From positions 27,107 through 91,106 of the IMG/VR virus record IMGVR_UViG_3300030329_003954: a DNA stretch of 64,000 bases; one strand, given 5' to 3'. Position 1 is the first letter of the stretch, and every line of letters starts with the position of its first letter. The DNA comes from a virus. The notes below the pieces were generated by a model. That model ran no database searches, was not told the DNA's origin, and saw only the letters and a program-made list of their open reading frames with translations. Of this stretch, positions 49,779 to 57,784 are shown one piece after another. A program made the position numbers and the translations under genes.

Positions 49779-50372
49779 ATGGTAGAATTAACTGATAAAG
49801 AGTGGGCTCTCTATGAGGAGCGTTATGGCAAGCTGATGCACACCATCGCTATGAAGATTTCTGGCGATGATACCATCGCCAGCCACGAAGATAACTATGC
49901 GGACTTGTGTATCGCTGCCCTTGAATCAATAGAGGGCTTTGAAAAGAAAACGGGAGAAAAGTTTAAGGCAGCTATAAATAATAAGCTTTTTGATCAGTAT
50001 ACCAAAACTGTTCTTTGGAATCGTAAGGCAAAGAAGGGAATCCCTCTTTCCAAGAAGATGGACTTTAGGAACAAGCATTATTCAATCGATCAAGACCATG
50101 CCAACGGGGAGACCCAGGGCTTACATGATAGAATTGAAGACTCAAGGGCTCAATACGGACTGTCTGCCATCGAATTAGAGGACTTCACCAATGAGCAGCC
50201 TGAAGATGTTAAGAAAGTGATCAACGCGATCATGGGTAACCCTGGAATTCTTTCAAAAGATGGTAGCCTTAATCACTCGGCGTTAAGAAGTAGCACCGGA
50301 CTTTCAGTCCACTTCACTAACAAAGCGGTTAAAAAGCTTAGGCAGTCCATCAGGAGAGACTATGAGGTCTGA
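49779..50372 (+). CDS. Sigma70-like transcription factor (putative middle sigma)
   Basis: Region-2-like D...AALESIEGF...F..Y...WN; C-terminal HTH-like; TATAAT 7 nt before ATG 49779. Confidence 0.6.
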   Translation: MVELTDKEWALYEERYGKLMHTIAMKISGDDTIASHEDNYADLCIAALESIEGFEKKTGEKFKAAINNKLFDQYTKTVLWNRKAKKGIPLSKKMDFRNKHYSIDQDHANGETQGLHDRIEDSRAQYGLSAIELEDFTNEQPEDVKKVINAIMGNPGILSKDGSLNHSALRSSTGLSVHFTNKAVKKLRQSIRRDYEV

Positions 50373-50571
50373 GCACTTAGAAGACATCATTAATAATGCT
50401 GTCCATAAAGTAGTGTGGGGAGATATGAAGCCCACAGAGTATGTGGCAGATTATGTGCATGGCACCATGCTTAGTCCTGAATGGGATGCTCTAGAAATGC
50501 TTCAATATGAGCTTATGGCTTTAAACATGCGTAAGCAATATGGCTTCGACCAACCTCCTGAACAGGATTGA
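50362..50571 (+). CDS. Hypothetical protein
   Basis: AGGAG SD. Confidence 0.55.
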   Translation: MRSEHLEDIINNAVHKVVWGDMKPTEYVADYVHGTMLSPEWDALEMLQYELMALNMRKQYGFDQPPEQD

Positions 50572-51235
50572 CTCCTACGTCCAAGCTCTCTTAGTTGATA
50601 ACAAGGAGAGAATTTGGACCTGTGCCACTGAGATTGCAAATAAATTTAAATTGCAAGTTGTTGAAACCACTGGCAGCACACGAATTGTTTTAAAGAAAAA
50701 AGGGTCTCGCACCGTAATCAAGGTGGGTTATCCAAACCACAATAAGGCTGAATATGCTGCCTACAAAGCCCTAGAATGCTCTGTGTTGGGTGATCTCCTT
50801 GCTCCCTGCCTCGGAGTAAGCAGCGGAGGTTACGCTCTTGAGATGCAATTTATACCGCGTGCCTTCCCTCAAGCGAGAGGAGAATATTACTGGTTCAACT
50901 CAGACTTTTCAAAGATGCGGGATCGACTTGAAAGCCACTTCTCCTTCATTAAGGAGTATAATAATTACGCATGGGGCGCAGACTTTCACGAGGAGAACAT
51001 GCGTGTTATGCGTAAAGGTAATGTAAAGATCATTGACTACAGCAACTTATTGGCTGACATGTTTTCTCGTAGATCTCAGACAACTGTGCAAGGAGCTATC
51101 AAAGGTGTTCTTAAGCTAAACTTCCCTAAGGTTAATATTCAACTGACGATGAAGGATCGTATCATCTCTTATCAGGATAATGACGTTTCTTACAAGGTTC
51201 CTGTTTATCCTCAACGATCAAAAGCTATAATCTAA
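50540..51235 (+). CDS. Protein-kinase-like fold protein
   Basis: GSTR, VIKV, N..E, DFHEEN, IIDY. Confidence 0.75.
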   Translation: MASTNLLNRIDSYVQALLVDNKERIWTCATEIANKFKLQVVETTGSTRIVLKKKGSRTVIKVGYPNHNKAEYAAYKALECSVLGDLLAPCLGVSSGGYALEMQFIPRAFPQARGEYYWFNSDFSKMRDRLESHFSFIKEYNNYAWGADFHEENMRVMRKGNVKIIDYSNLLADMFSRRSQTTVQGAIKGVLKLNFPKVNIQLTMKDRIISYQDNDVSYKVPVYPQRSKAII

Positions 51236-51242
51236 GCATCAC

Positions 51243-51319
51243 GGGGTGATAGCTCAGTTGGTTAGAGCAGGGGTCTTATATACCTCAGGTCCCAGGTTCA
51301 AGTCCTGGTCACCCTACCA
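51243..51319 (+). tRNA. tRNA-Ile(UAU)
   Basis: Cloverleaf; GGGGT-CTTATAT-ACCTC; encoded CCA. Confidence 0.88.
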
Positions 51320-51320
51320 T

Positions 51321-51408
51321 GACAGTGTGGTGGAATTGGCATACACGACAGACTTAAAATCTGTTGACCATATCGGTCTTGCGGGTTCGAGTCCCGCCAC
51401 TGTTACCA
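51321..51408 (+). tRNA. tRNA-Leu(UAA)
   Basis: ACAGA-CTTAAAA-TCTGT; long variable arm; CCA. Confidence 0.93.
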
Positions 51409-51494
51409 TTAAGGAGGACTGTTGCGTGACTGCTGGATTTCCCTGGTCGTCAATCACAGGATACCTAAGCATGTATTCAAACTGCTTATTTTAT

Positions 51495-51570
51495 GCCTTC
51501 GTAGCTCAGTTGGTAGAGCAATCGGCTTTTAACCGATTGGTCCAAGGTTCGAGTCCTTGCGAGGGTACCA
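51495..51570 (+). tRNA. tRNA-Lys(UUU)
   Basis: ATCGG-CTTTTAA-CCGAT; CCA. Confidence 0.95.
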
Positions 51571-51591
51571 TACAATCAAGGAGTAAGTATT

Positions 51592-51792
51592 ATGAAGTTC
51601 ACACTATTAAGTGGAGTTAGAAAGTATGCTGAAGGCAACATTGCAAAGCATAGAGCAAATGTGCAAGCTTACCTCGATCACAGCGTAGCCATCGCAGAGC
51701 ACACTGACATCATTGAGTCGGTGGAAACTGAGTTGAAAAAGATTGCTGAGTATGAGGATATGCTAGACGTACTTGATAAATATTTCAGCTAA
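51592..51792 (+). CDS. Small T4-like phage hypothetical protein
   Basis: AAGGAG SD; G.I.KH.ANV..YL...V.I.EH.DI. Confidence 0.7.
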   Translation: MKFTLLSGVRKYAEGNIAKHRANVQAYLDHSVAIAEHTDIIESVETELKKIAEYEDMLDVLDKYFS

Positions 51793-51798
51793 CAACAA

Positions 51799-51874
51799 TC
51801 CTCAATAGCTCAGTTGGTAGAGCAGATGACTGTTAATCATCGGGTCGTAGGTTCGAGTCCTACTTGAGGAGCCA
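51799..51874 (+). tRNA. tRNA-Asn(GUU)
   Basis: GATGA-CTGTTAA-TCATC; GCCA end. Confidence 0.95.
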
Positions 51875-51877
51875 TTT

Positions 51878-51953
51878 GCCCGTCTAGCTCAACTGGCAGA
51901 GCAACGGTTTTGTAAACCGTAGGTTACAGGTTCAAGTCCTGTGATGGGCACCA
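51878..51953 (+). tRNA. tRNA-Thr(UGU)
   Basis: ACGGT-TTTGTAA-ACCGT; CCA. Confidence 0.95.
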
Positions 51954-52285
51954 CCTAATAAATAACTAAATAATTCAGGATTCAAGGTAGCAAGCTGCTG
52001 AATCATGTTGGATGTCATCGTGGTTAGATATTCGTTTGTCATCTGAGGGATTTGATCGTCGTGACCAAGTCCATAGATATCAAACCCAACGTGGCAGATT
52101 TCGTGTAGCAAAGTGCCCTTGTAATCCTCTATACTTTGGTTAGGATCGATAGTAATTAGTCCTTTGTGCATTTCCACACAACCGTGTAGTTCATCCTTCT
52201 CCAAGGACTGGAGCTTGATTTTGAAGGTTTTTATTCCAGTATGGAGTTCTAAAGGGTGAAGACGGTCCTTTGGCTTAACAGGCAT
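51932..52285 (-). CDS. HExxH metallopeptidase-like protein, paralog of 29172
   Basis: TLLHEICH...NE; upstream GTAAATA. Confidence 0.7.
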   Translation of the reverse strand: MPVKPKDRLHPLELHTGIKTFKIKLQSLEKDELHGCVEMHKGLITIDPNQSIEDYKGTLLHEICHVGFDIYGLGHDDQIPQMTNEYLTTMTSNMIQQLATLNPELFSYLLGGAHHRT

Positions 52286-52302
52286 ACATATATTTACCTC
52301 AT

Positions 52303-52408
52303 GGCAGTATCGTATAACAGTTATTACACCTCTCGTATTGACCGTCCAATGGCCTAATTACCTTAGACTAGAGAGGAGATGAAGGTGCGAATCCTTCTAC
52401 TGCCGCAA
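52303..52408 (+). ncRNA. tRNA-like RNA with 36-nt insert at the anticodon loop
   Basis: Acceptor GGCAGTA/TACTGCC; stem CCTCTC/GAGAGG; T arm GAAGG-TGCGAAT-CCTTC; ends G-CAA. Confidence 0.7.
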
Positions 52409-52567
52409 CCTTTTTTGCTCATTAAACCACTTTTGATTCCTTTTGACAGGAATTTGTGGTTCTGGCTGAATCTCAACCTTGGGCTCAGGCGTAGGTTTAG
52501 GCGTGGGCTTTATGACCTTTTTAGGAGGCTCACGCCTGAGCACAGTCTCTTCAACGTTGATTCGCAT
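52397..52567 (-). CDS. Small Pro/Lys-rich protein (56 aa, not in ORF track)
   Basis: TAATG-coupled; MRINVEETVLRREPPKKVIKPTPKPTPEPK... Confidence 0.5.
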   Translation of the reverse strand: MRINVEETVLRREPPKKVIKPTPKPTPEPKVEIQPEPQIPVKRNQKWFNEQKRLRQ

Positions 52568-53463
52568 TATGCGTGACGGTTTTTGTCGTATTCCGGCAGA
52601 CCCTCATCTTCTATAGGGTATCCAACGAAATATTGGGCCGTGGTGGGGAAACCATTGGGTAGGGGCGAAGCAAATTGACTCTCATTAGTAATCAAAGTGG
52701 CTACCTGATCAATAAAGGTATTCACTGGTAAGAACTCCTTGTTTGTGGCGTATACTCCTGGAATTTGGTAGGCGAGGTGAGACATCGTGGCGAACTCATC
52801 CCTAATTGAGGCGTTCCCGATAACATTAAAGGGAGCATTTTGCTGAGAAAAGAAGTTAAGATCCGTAAAGTAATTTGTGTTGTCATACCTCTCGTATTCC
52901 CGACCGAAGGCGGATGGAGTCGCACTACTCGTAATTTCTTTGAAAATTGCAAACGATGCTCCGTTAGATACCTTTGAGAATAATGGTTGAGAAGACACTC
53001 CTGTGTATGGGGTTCTTCTGATGAAGGGCTTAGTTGTGACAATACTACCCATTGGACCCATCGTAGATGCAGCGAGCGATCCGTAAGTTACACCGTTTGG
53101 ATCGCCAGACGTTGCGATGAGTGAAAACTCTTGCGATTGCTGAACACTAGATGAATTGAAGTTTTGATAAACGACTGCTGCATCTACAGTCGCATTGTAT
53201 TTATAGACTAGCTTAGTTGACTGTATGTTGCCGTGAGTGGTGGTGAGACCACTTAGTGTGGCATCACAAACGTTGTTAAATGACTGCTCCGAGGGGACTC
53301 TAACATACTGAATGTCTAACGTTTGAGTCTCGACATACCAAGGACCAGCGAACGCACTGATAGCGCCCGAGGCGATATTACCACTTGCCGCGACGAAGTC
53401 GTTGGTTCCGGCGGCAACCGTGTTCGATTGAGTTTGAGTATCTGCTGCTCCCTTGGATGACAT
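52567..53463 (-). CDS. Probable virion structural protein
   Basis: S/T/A/G-rich; upstream GGTAAATA. Confidence 0.55.
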   Translation of the reverse strand: MSSKGAADTQTQSNTVAAGTNDFVAASGNIASGAISAFAGPWYVETQTLDIQYVRVPSEQSFNNVCDATLSGLTTTHGNIQSTKLVYKYNATVDAAVVYQNFNSSSVQQSQEFSLIATSGDPNGVTYGSLAASTMGPMGSIVTTKPFIRRTPYTGVSSQPLFSKVSNGASFAIFKEITSSATPSAFGREYERYDNTNYFTDLNFFSQQNAPFNVIGNASIRDEFATMSHLAYQIPGVYATNKEFLPVNTFIDQVATLITNESQFASPLPNGFPTTAQYFVGYPIEDEGLPEYDKNRHA

Positions 53464-53553
53464 AATAAAATATAGATTGTTGGTTACTAATATTTACCCC
53501 CGAAAACAGGAACTAGATATTAAAAATATCCCATATGACGCTATAATACGAAC

Positions 53554-53715
53554 ATGAAGACTAGATACCGAAACCACAAGACAGTTCGCGATCAGGCAAA
53601 GGCCAAGAAGCTCATGGAAAAGCTTCAAAAGGAGATGCCTGATCGCACTTTTTCCATCAAGCGTCGTAAGTTCTGGCGCAAGGATAAGGTTAGATACACA
53701 GTGAGGAGCATATAA
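53554..53715 (+). CDS. Small basic protein (53 aa)
   Basis: TATAAT 6 nt before ATG; TAATG-coupled to next gene. Confidence 0.55.
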   Translation: MKTRYRNHKTVRDQAKAKKLMEKLQKEMPDRTFSIKRRKFWRKDKVRYTVRSI

Positions 53716-53876
53716 TGGACGATTTATCAAAAGATTATCTCTATCAAACCATGGAGTCTTTAAAGGATCTCTGTGATGCGGTTAATACTCAGGGGGCAAG
53801 AGACATCAAGTCTAGGCTTACTGACCTTCAGACCGATCTTAACAATCAAGACAATCCAAGACCGGAGGGCGGGTAA
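53715..53876 (+). CDS. Small hypothetical protein (53 aa)
   Basis: TAATG coupling at both ends. Confidence 0.55.
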   Translation: MDDLSKDYLYQTMESLKDLCDAVNTQGARDIKSRLTDLQTDLNNQDNPRPEGG

Positions 53877-54142
53877 TGAATGGCAAAGGTGACAATCGTA
53901 GAGAGAATGAGAAGGTAAACAACAAGAAGTTTGTGGACAATTGGGATCGCATCTTTGGGGGCAAGGAAGACGAAGTAGATACCTCTGACGTTGAACCATT
54001 CCACATCAGAAATGCTAGGCACCTGAAAATGCAAGATCTGGAGTTCAGGGAAAAGCTGGCAGAGGAGAAGCGTAGAAGAGAGCAAGAACTGTTCGATCGT
54101 CTCGATAAAGAAGTAGAGGAGGAGAACAATGATGAGAACTAG
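53876..54142 (+). CDS. Hypothetical protein
   Basis: GKGD..R...F.DNWDRIFG motif. Confidence 0.65.
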   Translation: MNGKGDNRRENEKVNNKKFVDNWDRIFGGKEDEVDTSDVEPFHIRNARHLKMQDLEFREKLAEEKRRREQELFDRLDKEVEEENNDEN

Positions 54143-54446
54143 TTTAATGACTGCGGTGTATGGTATTTTCATTGCCACCACTACATGGAACATAGTAAAA
54201 GCACCTCCATCCCGGCCACCAAATGAATTCTTCTACACTGAGGAGAAGACCAAAGATATTGAGGAAGTTCTGAACATGCGTCAGATCCTTAAAATGCAGC
54301 CTGCTTGGGACCCTACGATCCCCAATTCAAAAAGAACAAAGAAGAACGCAAAATGGACCTCGATCAAGCTTACAGATGGCTCTGTGGTGACTTTGAAGGA
54401 AGAGATGAAGAATGTCTTGAACAGGATGAGGAATGCACAACAATGA
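54129..54446 (+). CDS. Hypothetical protein with N-terminal TM
   Basis: GGAG SD. Confidence 0.5.
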   Translation: MMRTSLMTAVYGIFIATTTWNIVKAPPSRPPNEFFYTEEKTKDIEEVLNMRQILKMQPAWDPTIPNSKRTKKNAKWTSIKLTDGSVVTLKEEMKNVLNRMRNAQQ

Positions 54447-54634
54447 CTGGTGTGAAACCTGTAAAAATTGATGATGTAGTTGAATCATTGAATGAGCTTA
54501 AGTCTAAGCATGGGAACCTAGAAGTGCGTAGATTTGAGTTTCGTTACTCTCAAGAACCTTGCCCAGATGCCTACCCGAAGTTTTGTACAGTGCCTACAGA
54601 TAAGGGCAACACTAAAATAGTGGTGATACTATGA
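54443..54634 (+). CDS. Hypothetical protein
   Basis: ATGA overlaps at both ends. Confidence 0.5.
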   Translation: MTGVKPVKIDDVVESLNELKSKHGNLEVRRFEFRYSQEPCPDAYPKFCTVPTDKGNTKIVVIL

Positions 54635-54984
54635 CAACACAACTAAAGCCTTGGGGCACTCACAAAGTAGTTTTTGATAGAACTAACTTTAAAGTTAAAT
54701 ACATTTGCATTCAGAGGGGGCAAAGAATATCCCTCCAAAGACACAATAAACGTAGTGAGAATTGGGTGGTTGTGGAGGGTCACCCTATCGTCACCAAAGG
54801 TAAATCAACGGTCCTCTTAAATCCAGAGGATAGCATCTATATACCCTTGGGTGAGGTCCACAGGATTGAGGCTGATAGAGATGATGTGCATATTATTGAA
54901 GTTCAACACGGAATCTGTGATGAGAACGACATCGAAAGATTACACGATGATTACTCTAGGAGAATCAGCGGAGGGATAGCCTAA
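54631..54984 (+). CDS. Mannose-6-phosphate isomerase type II C-terminal cupin
   Basis: KPWG, SLQRH..RSE.W, HRI, IEVQ.G...ENDIER..DDY. Confidence 0.85.
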   Translation: MTTQLKPWGTHKVVFDRTNFKVKYICIQRGQRISLQRHNKRSENWVVVEGHPIVTKGKSTVLLNPEDSIYIPLGEVHRIEADRDDVHIIEVQHGICDENDIERLHDDYSRRISGGIA

Positions 54985-55346
54985 TGTATGAGTACCGGAT
55001 TAAGGAAATTACTCACTTTGTAGACGGTGATACATTCGATTGTATCATCGATCTAGGCTTCGATATCTTTCATGAGGTCCGAGTCCGAATGTATGGAATG
55101 AACACACCTGAGAGCCGTACAAGGGACTTGGAGGAGAAGAAAAAGGGCCTCGCGAGCAAGGCTAGGCTGATAGAGATTCTCACTGAAGAAGATGCGTATG
55201 ATCTTGTACTTAGAACTAAAGAGAAAGGTAAGTTCGGTCGGTGGCTTGGCACTGTGATAAAGCAGTACAAGCATCATGTTCAAGATGTCAACGAGCAGAT
55301 GATTGAAGAGGGCTACGCTGTTCCATATTTCGGGGGCAAGCGATGA
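54984..55346 (+). CDS. Thermonuclease (SNase-like)
   Basis: VDGDT, R.YG.NTPE, GKFGR.LG, N..MI.EG.A. Confidence 0.88.
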   Translation: MYEYRIKEITHFVDGDTFDCIIDLGFDIFHEVRVRMYGMNTPESRTRDLEEKKKGLASKARLIEILTEEDAYDLVLRTKEKGKFGRWLGTVIKQYKHHVQDVNEQMIEEGYAVPYFGGKR

Positions 55347-55570
55347 GCAAAGAGCCTGCAATGTTTGATGGGAAAGGTACCTGTCAGTATTGCGGTAAGC
55401 CCACCAGAGCCAAAGCTACCAGTTTGTGTAATGCCTGCTATAAATTAGATCTTGCTATCAAGAATAATCCCATTGCAGCGCAAAAAATTCTGAGAAATTA
55501 CACGGGTGATCCTATCATTGTAGGGTGGAAGAAGCCTTACCTAGGTATTAAACCCAAAGAGAATTCATGA
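55343..55570 (+). CDS. Zinc-finger protein
   Basis: CQYC...CNAC. Confidence 0.55.
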   Translation: MSKEPAMFDGKGTCQYCGKPTRAKATSLCNACYKLDLAIKNNPIAAQKILRNYTGDPIIVGWKKPYLGIKPKENS

Positions 55571-56124
55571 ACATATCAACAGTAACAGGACAACTCCCAA
55601 GACATCAATACGTTTGGATTGATACAAACTTCACACATAAAGAACCTCACGGATTTATTCCGGCTGTATGGTTTGGACTGGTAAGTATGCCAGCAAGAGT
55701 ATGGGGATGTACAGTAATGTTAGAGTGTGGAGCCATATACAGGAACCTACCACCACATGCAATCTCATTCGCAGAAGTGCCAAAGGAAAAGCAGTGGACA
55801 GAGAAAGATGCACAGAGATGGGACTGTTACGGACAGCAATTCCATGCTCACACATATGATTACCTGGATGAATTAGAATGCAAGGTAAGGACTAATGACA
55901 AGGAATTAGAGGGTGAATATATCTTTTCGGTAGCACCTGTAGGGGATGCATTCAGTCACTACCCAGATCAGGCAAAGGAGTTCACATTCATTAAGTTGAA
56001 GAACAATAGACTAACCATACAACCAACAGACTTCATAGTATTCCGCGAGAGAAGCTTCACAGACAACAAGATGGAATTCCCTAAAGGAATAAAGAGACAG
56101 AACAAGGTATACTACTGTGAGTAG
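55567..56124 (+). CDS. Hypothetical phage protein
   Basis: 185-aa ORF, ATGA overlap. Confidence 0.65.
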   Translation: MNISTVTGQLPRHQYVWIDTNFTHKEPHGFIPAVWFGLVSMPARVWGCTVMLECGAIYRNLPPHAISFAEVPKEKQWTEKDAQRWDCYGQQFHAHTYDYLDELECKVRTNDKELEGEYIFSVAPVGDAFSHYPDQAKEFTFIKLKNNRLTIQPTDFIVFRERSFTDNKMEFPKGIKRQNKVYYCE

Positions 56125-56160
56125 CAGTGTATAAATGAAAAAGGATACGTATATAAGATT

Positions 56161-56508
56161 ATGAAACGTTTACTAATTGGTATGATCACCGCACTTGTAC
56201 TTGCTGCACCGTCACAAGCACAAAAGCCTCAACGCCCTTCACCTAAAACAAGCTATGAGTTAATAATTGAGTGGAGAAAGGCTATGTCTGACCTCAAACA
56301 AGAGGTTGCTACCCTGAGAAAGGAAGTCGATATGCTTAAGCAAATGGCTCGTAGACTTCGTATGGAGAAGGGTAAAGAAGAAGGAAACAAAGAGAGATCT
56401 AGGAGAGGTCGTAGAGGTTCTAGAGGATCAGAGTCTAAGCCTGATATGAGAAGGAGAGGTATGCCTGAGATGCGTAAAAAGGGACCTATTAAGAGCAAAA
56501 AGGGCTAA
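56161..56508 (+). CDS. Signal-peptide coiled-coil protein with basic tail
   Basis: MKRLLIGMITALVLAAPSQA. Confidence 0.6.
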   Translation: MKRLLIGMITALVLAAPSQAQKPQRPSPKTSYELIIEWRKAMSDLKQEVATLRKEVDMLKQMARRLRMEKGKEEGNKERSRRGRRGSRGSESKPDMRRRGMPEMRKKGPIKSKKG

Positions 56509-56574
56509 GAAAGGTGCAATTAAGGATATAATCCCATTTGTAAGACTATTTCCCATATTTGAGATATAGTCAAT

Positions 56575-56612
56575 AAAAAAGACTTCCTATTCAATTACGA
56601 ATAGGAAGTCTT
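56575..56612. terminator. Terminator hairpin at strand convergence
   Basis: AAGACTTCCTATTC-AATTAC-GAATAGGAAGTCTT with A run on the left. Confidence 0.75.
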
Positions 56613-56962
56613 ATCATTTCTAGGGGGATGTGATTAGTTATATGTATGGCGCAAAGCTAATTACAACATTATTGCATAAAAGTCAAGCTAATTAAATGCC
56701 CTTGTAAGAAAAGTCAAGGTACAATTATTCGCAATCTTTTACAAATAAACTAAAAATGTATAGAATTAGGAGTACAATTGCTGCACACCTGTAAAATAGT
56801 TCCATGGTAATAAAAGTCAAGGTTTAATTATCACTTGAAACTCTGCAAAGGGACCATATTATAACAGCAATTGTAATCCACAATAAAATTGCAATTAAAA
56901 GACCGTATGGCATAAAAGTCAAGGTAAAAATAACCCCTTGCAAGAAAAGTCAAGGTATAAAA

Positions 56963-57039
56963 TGGTACACCCTATAGGAATCGAACCTATAACCTACGGC
57001 TTAGAAGGCCGTTGCTCTATCCAATTGAGCTAAGGGTGC
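56963..57039 (-). tRNA. tRNA-Arg(UCU)
   Basis: ACGGC-CTTCTAA-GCCGT; CCA. Confidence 0.95.
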
Positions 57040-57057
57040 CTATGCAGAAAAGTCAAG

Positions 57058-57288
57058 CTATAATAGCCTGCCCTGGGAGTAGATTTTACCCCTATCTGAG
57101 GGGGTTCCACACTTATCTAATGCTGTTACGGTCACCTCGTACCCATACTCACCGTATTTTTTCTTACCCATCCTACGAGCAAGAGAGATAGCTTGCGGAA
57201 AAGTCAAGCTCCAATCTTTCTCAACCTCCTCGAAGAGGACAGAGATGTTATTCTTGGCAAGGTAACACCATTCTATGTGATATCTCAT
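57058..57288 (-). CDS. Hypothetical protein
   Basis: GGAGG SD before ATG 57288. Confidence 0.5.
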   Translation of the reverse strand: MRYHIEWCYLAKNNISVLFEEVEKDWSLTFPQAISLARRMGKKKYGEYGYEVTVTALDKCGTPSDRGKIYSQGRLL

Positions 57289-57293
57289 AAAAG

Positions 57294-57458
57294 TCAAGCC
57301 TCCTCAAAAGCTTCTGATAGGGTTTGAGCGAGAGCGTAAACATGGTCCTCTACAGAGTCACCATCCTCAAGACGCTCGTAATAATCAGACTCCTCAGATT
57401 GTATCACATACTCTAAGAGTAAGTCAAGAGCCTGTTGCTGCTTGTAGTTTAATCTCAT
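57294..57458 (-). CDS. Small acidic protein (54 aa)
   Basis: TTGACT-N16-TATGAT-N6-ATG; MRLNYKQQQALDLLLEYV... Confidence 0.55.
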   Translation of the reverse strand: MRLNYKQQQALDLLLEYVIQSEESDYYERLEDGDSVEDHVYALAQTLSEAFEEA

Positions 57459-57500
57459 AGCTACATCATAACAAAGAAAAGAGAAAAGTCAAGGATAAAG

Positions 57501-57597
57501 GGTGGGGTCGGGATCAATGCTAGCCGATGCATCCTACTGAAAGATGCCCACCGTCATCTCGCCTCACTTTATTTTTATTCGTGTGAGACCTAACCGC
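57501..57597 (-). ncRNA. Putative structured ncRNA
   Basis: TTGACT-N15-TAGCTT upstream; hairpins GTCTCAC/GTGAGGC and AGATG/CATCT; loop GGTGGG complementary to 3' CCCACC. Confidence 0.45.
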
Positions 57598-57714
57598 TAG
57601 AAAGCTACGAAGAAAAGAGAAAAGTCAAGCCTTTTAGTGACATGCTCAGGTCTCAAGTGGACGCATAGCGCCGTGAACAGTTTTGGACATGTCGAGGTCC
57701 GTTAGAATGAGAAA

Positions 57715-57781
57715 CCCGACAGCGTAGCAGACACCAACTCTTTTAGCCTGATTTGTTGCAACGTGGTTATACGCTACCGGG
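57715..57781 (-). ncRNA. Putative structured RNA downstream of the mini-tmRNA
   Basis: 12-bp closing stem CCCGGTAGCGTA/TACGCTGTCGGG. Confidence 0.45.
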
Positions 57782-57784
57782 TAA

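Larger units (their letters stand above)
56678..57629 (+). repeat. Ten copies of AAAAGTCAAG plus one variant
   Basis: Starts at 56678, 56709, 56812, 56914, 56945, 57048, 57199, 57289, 57484, 57620; variant near 57419. Confidence 0.85.

Noticed and set aside
51246-51620. 124-aa ORF across the tRNAs
   Set aside because: Spans three intact tRNAs; incidental open frame
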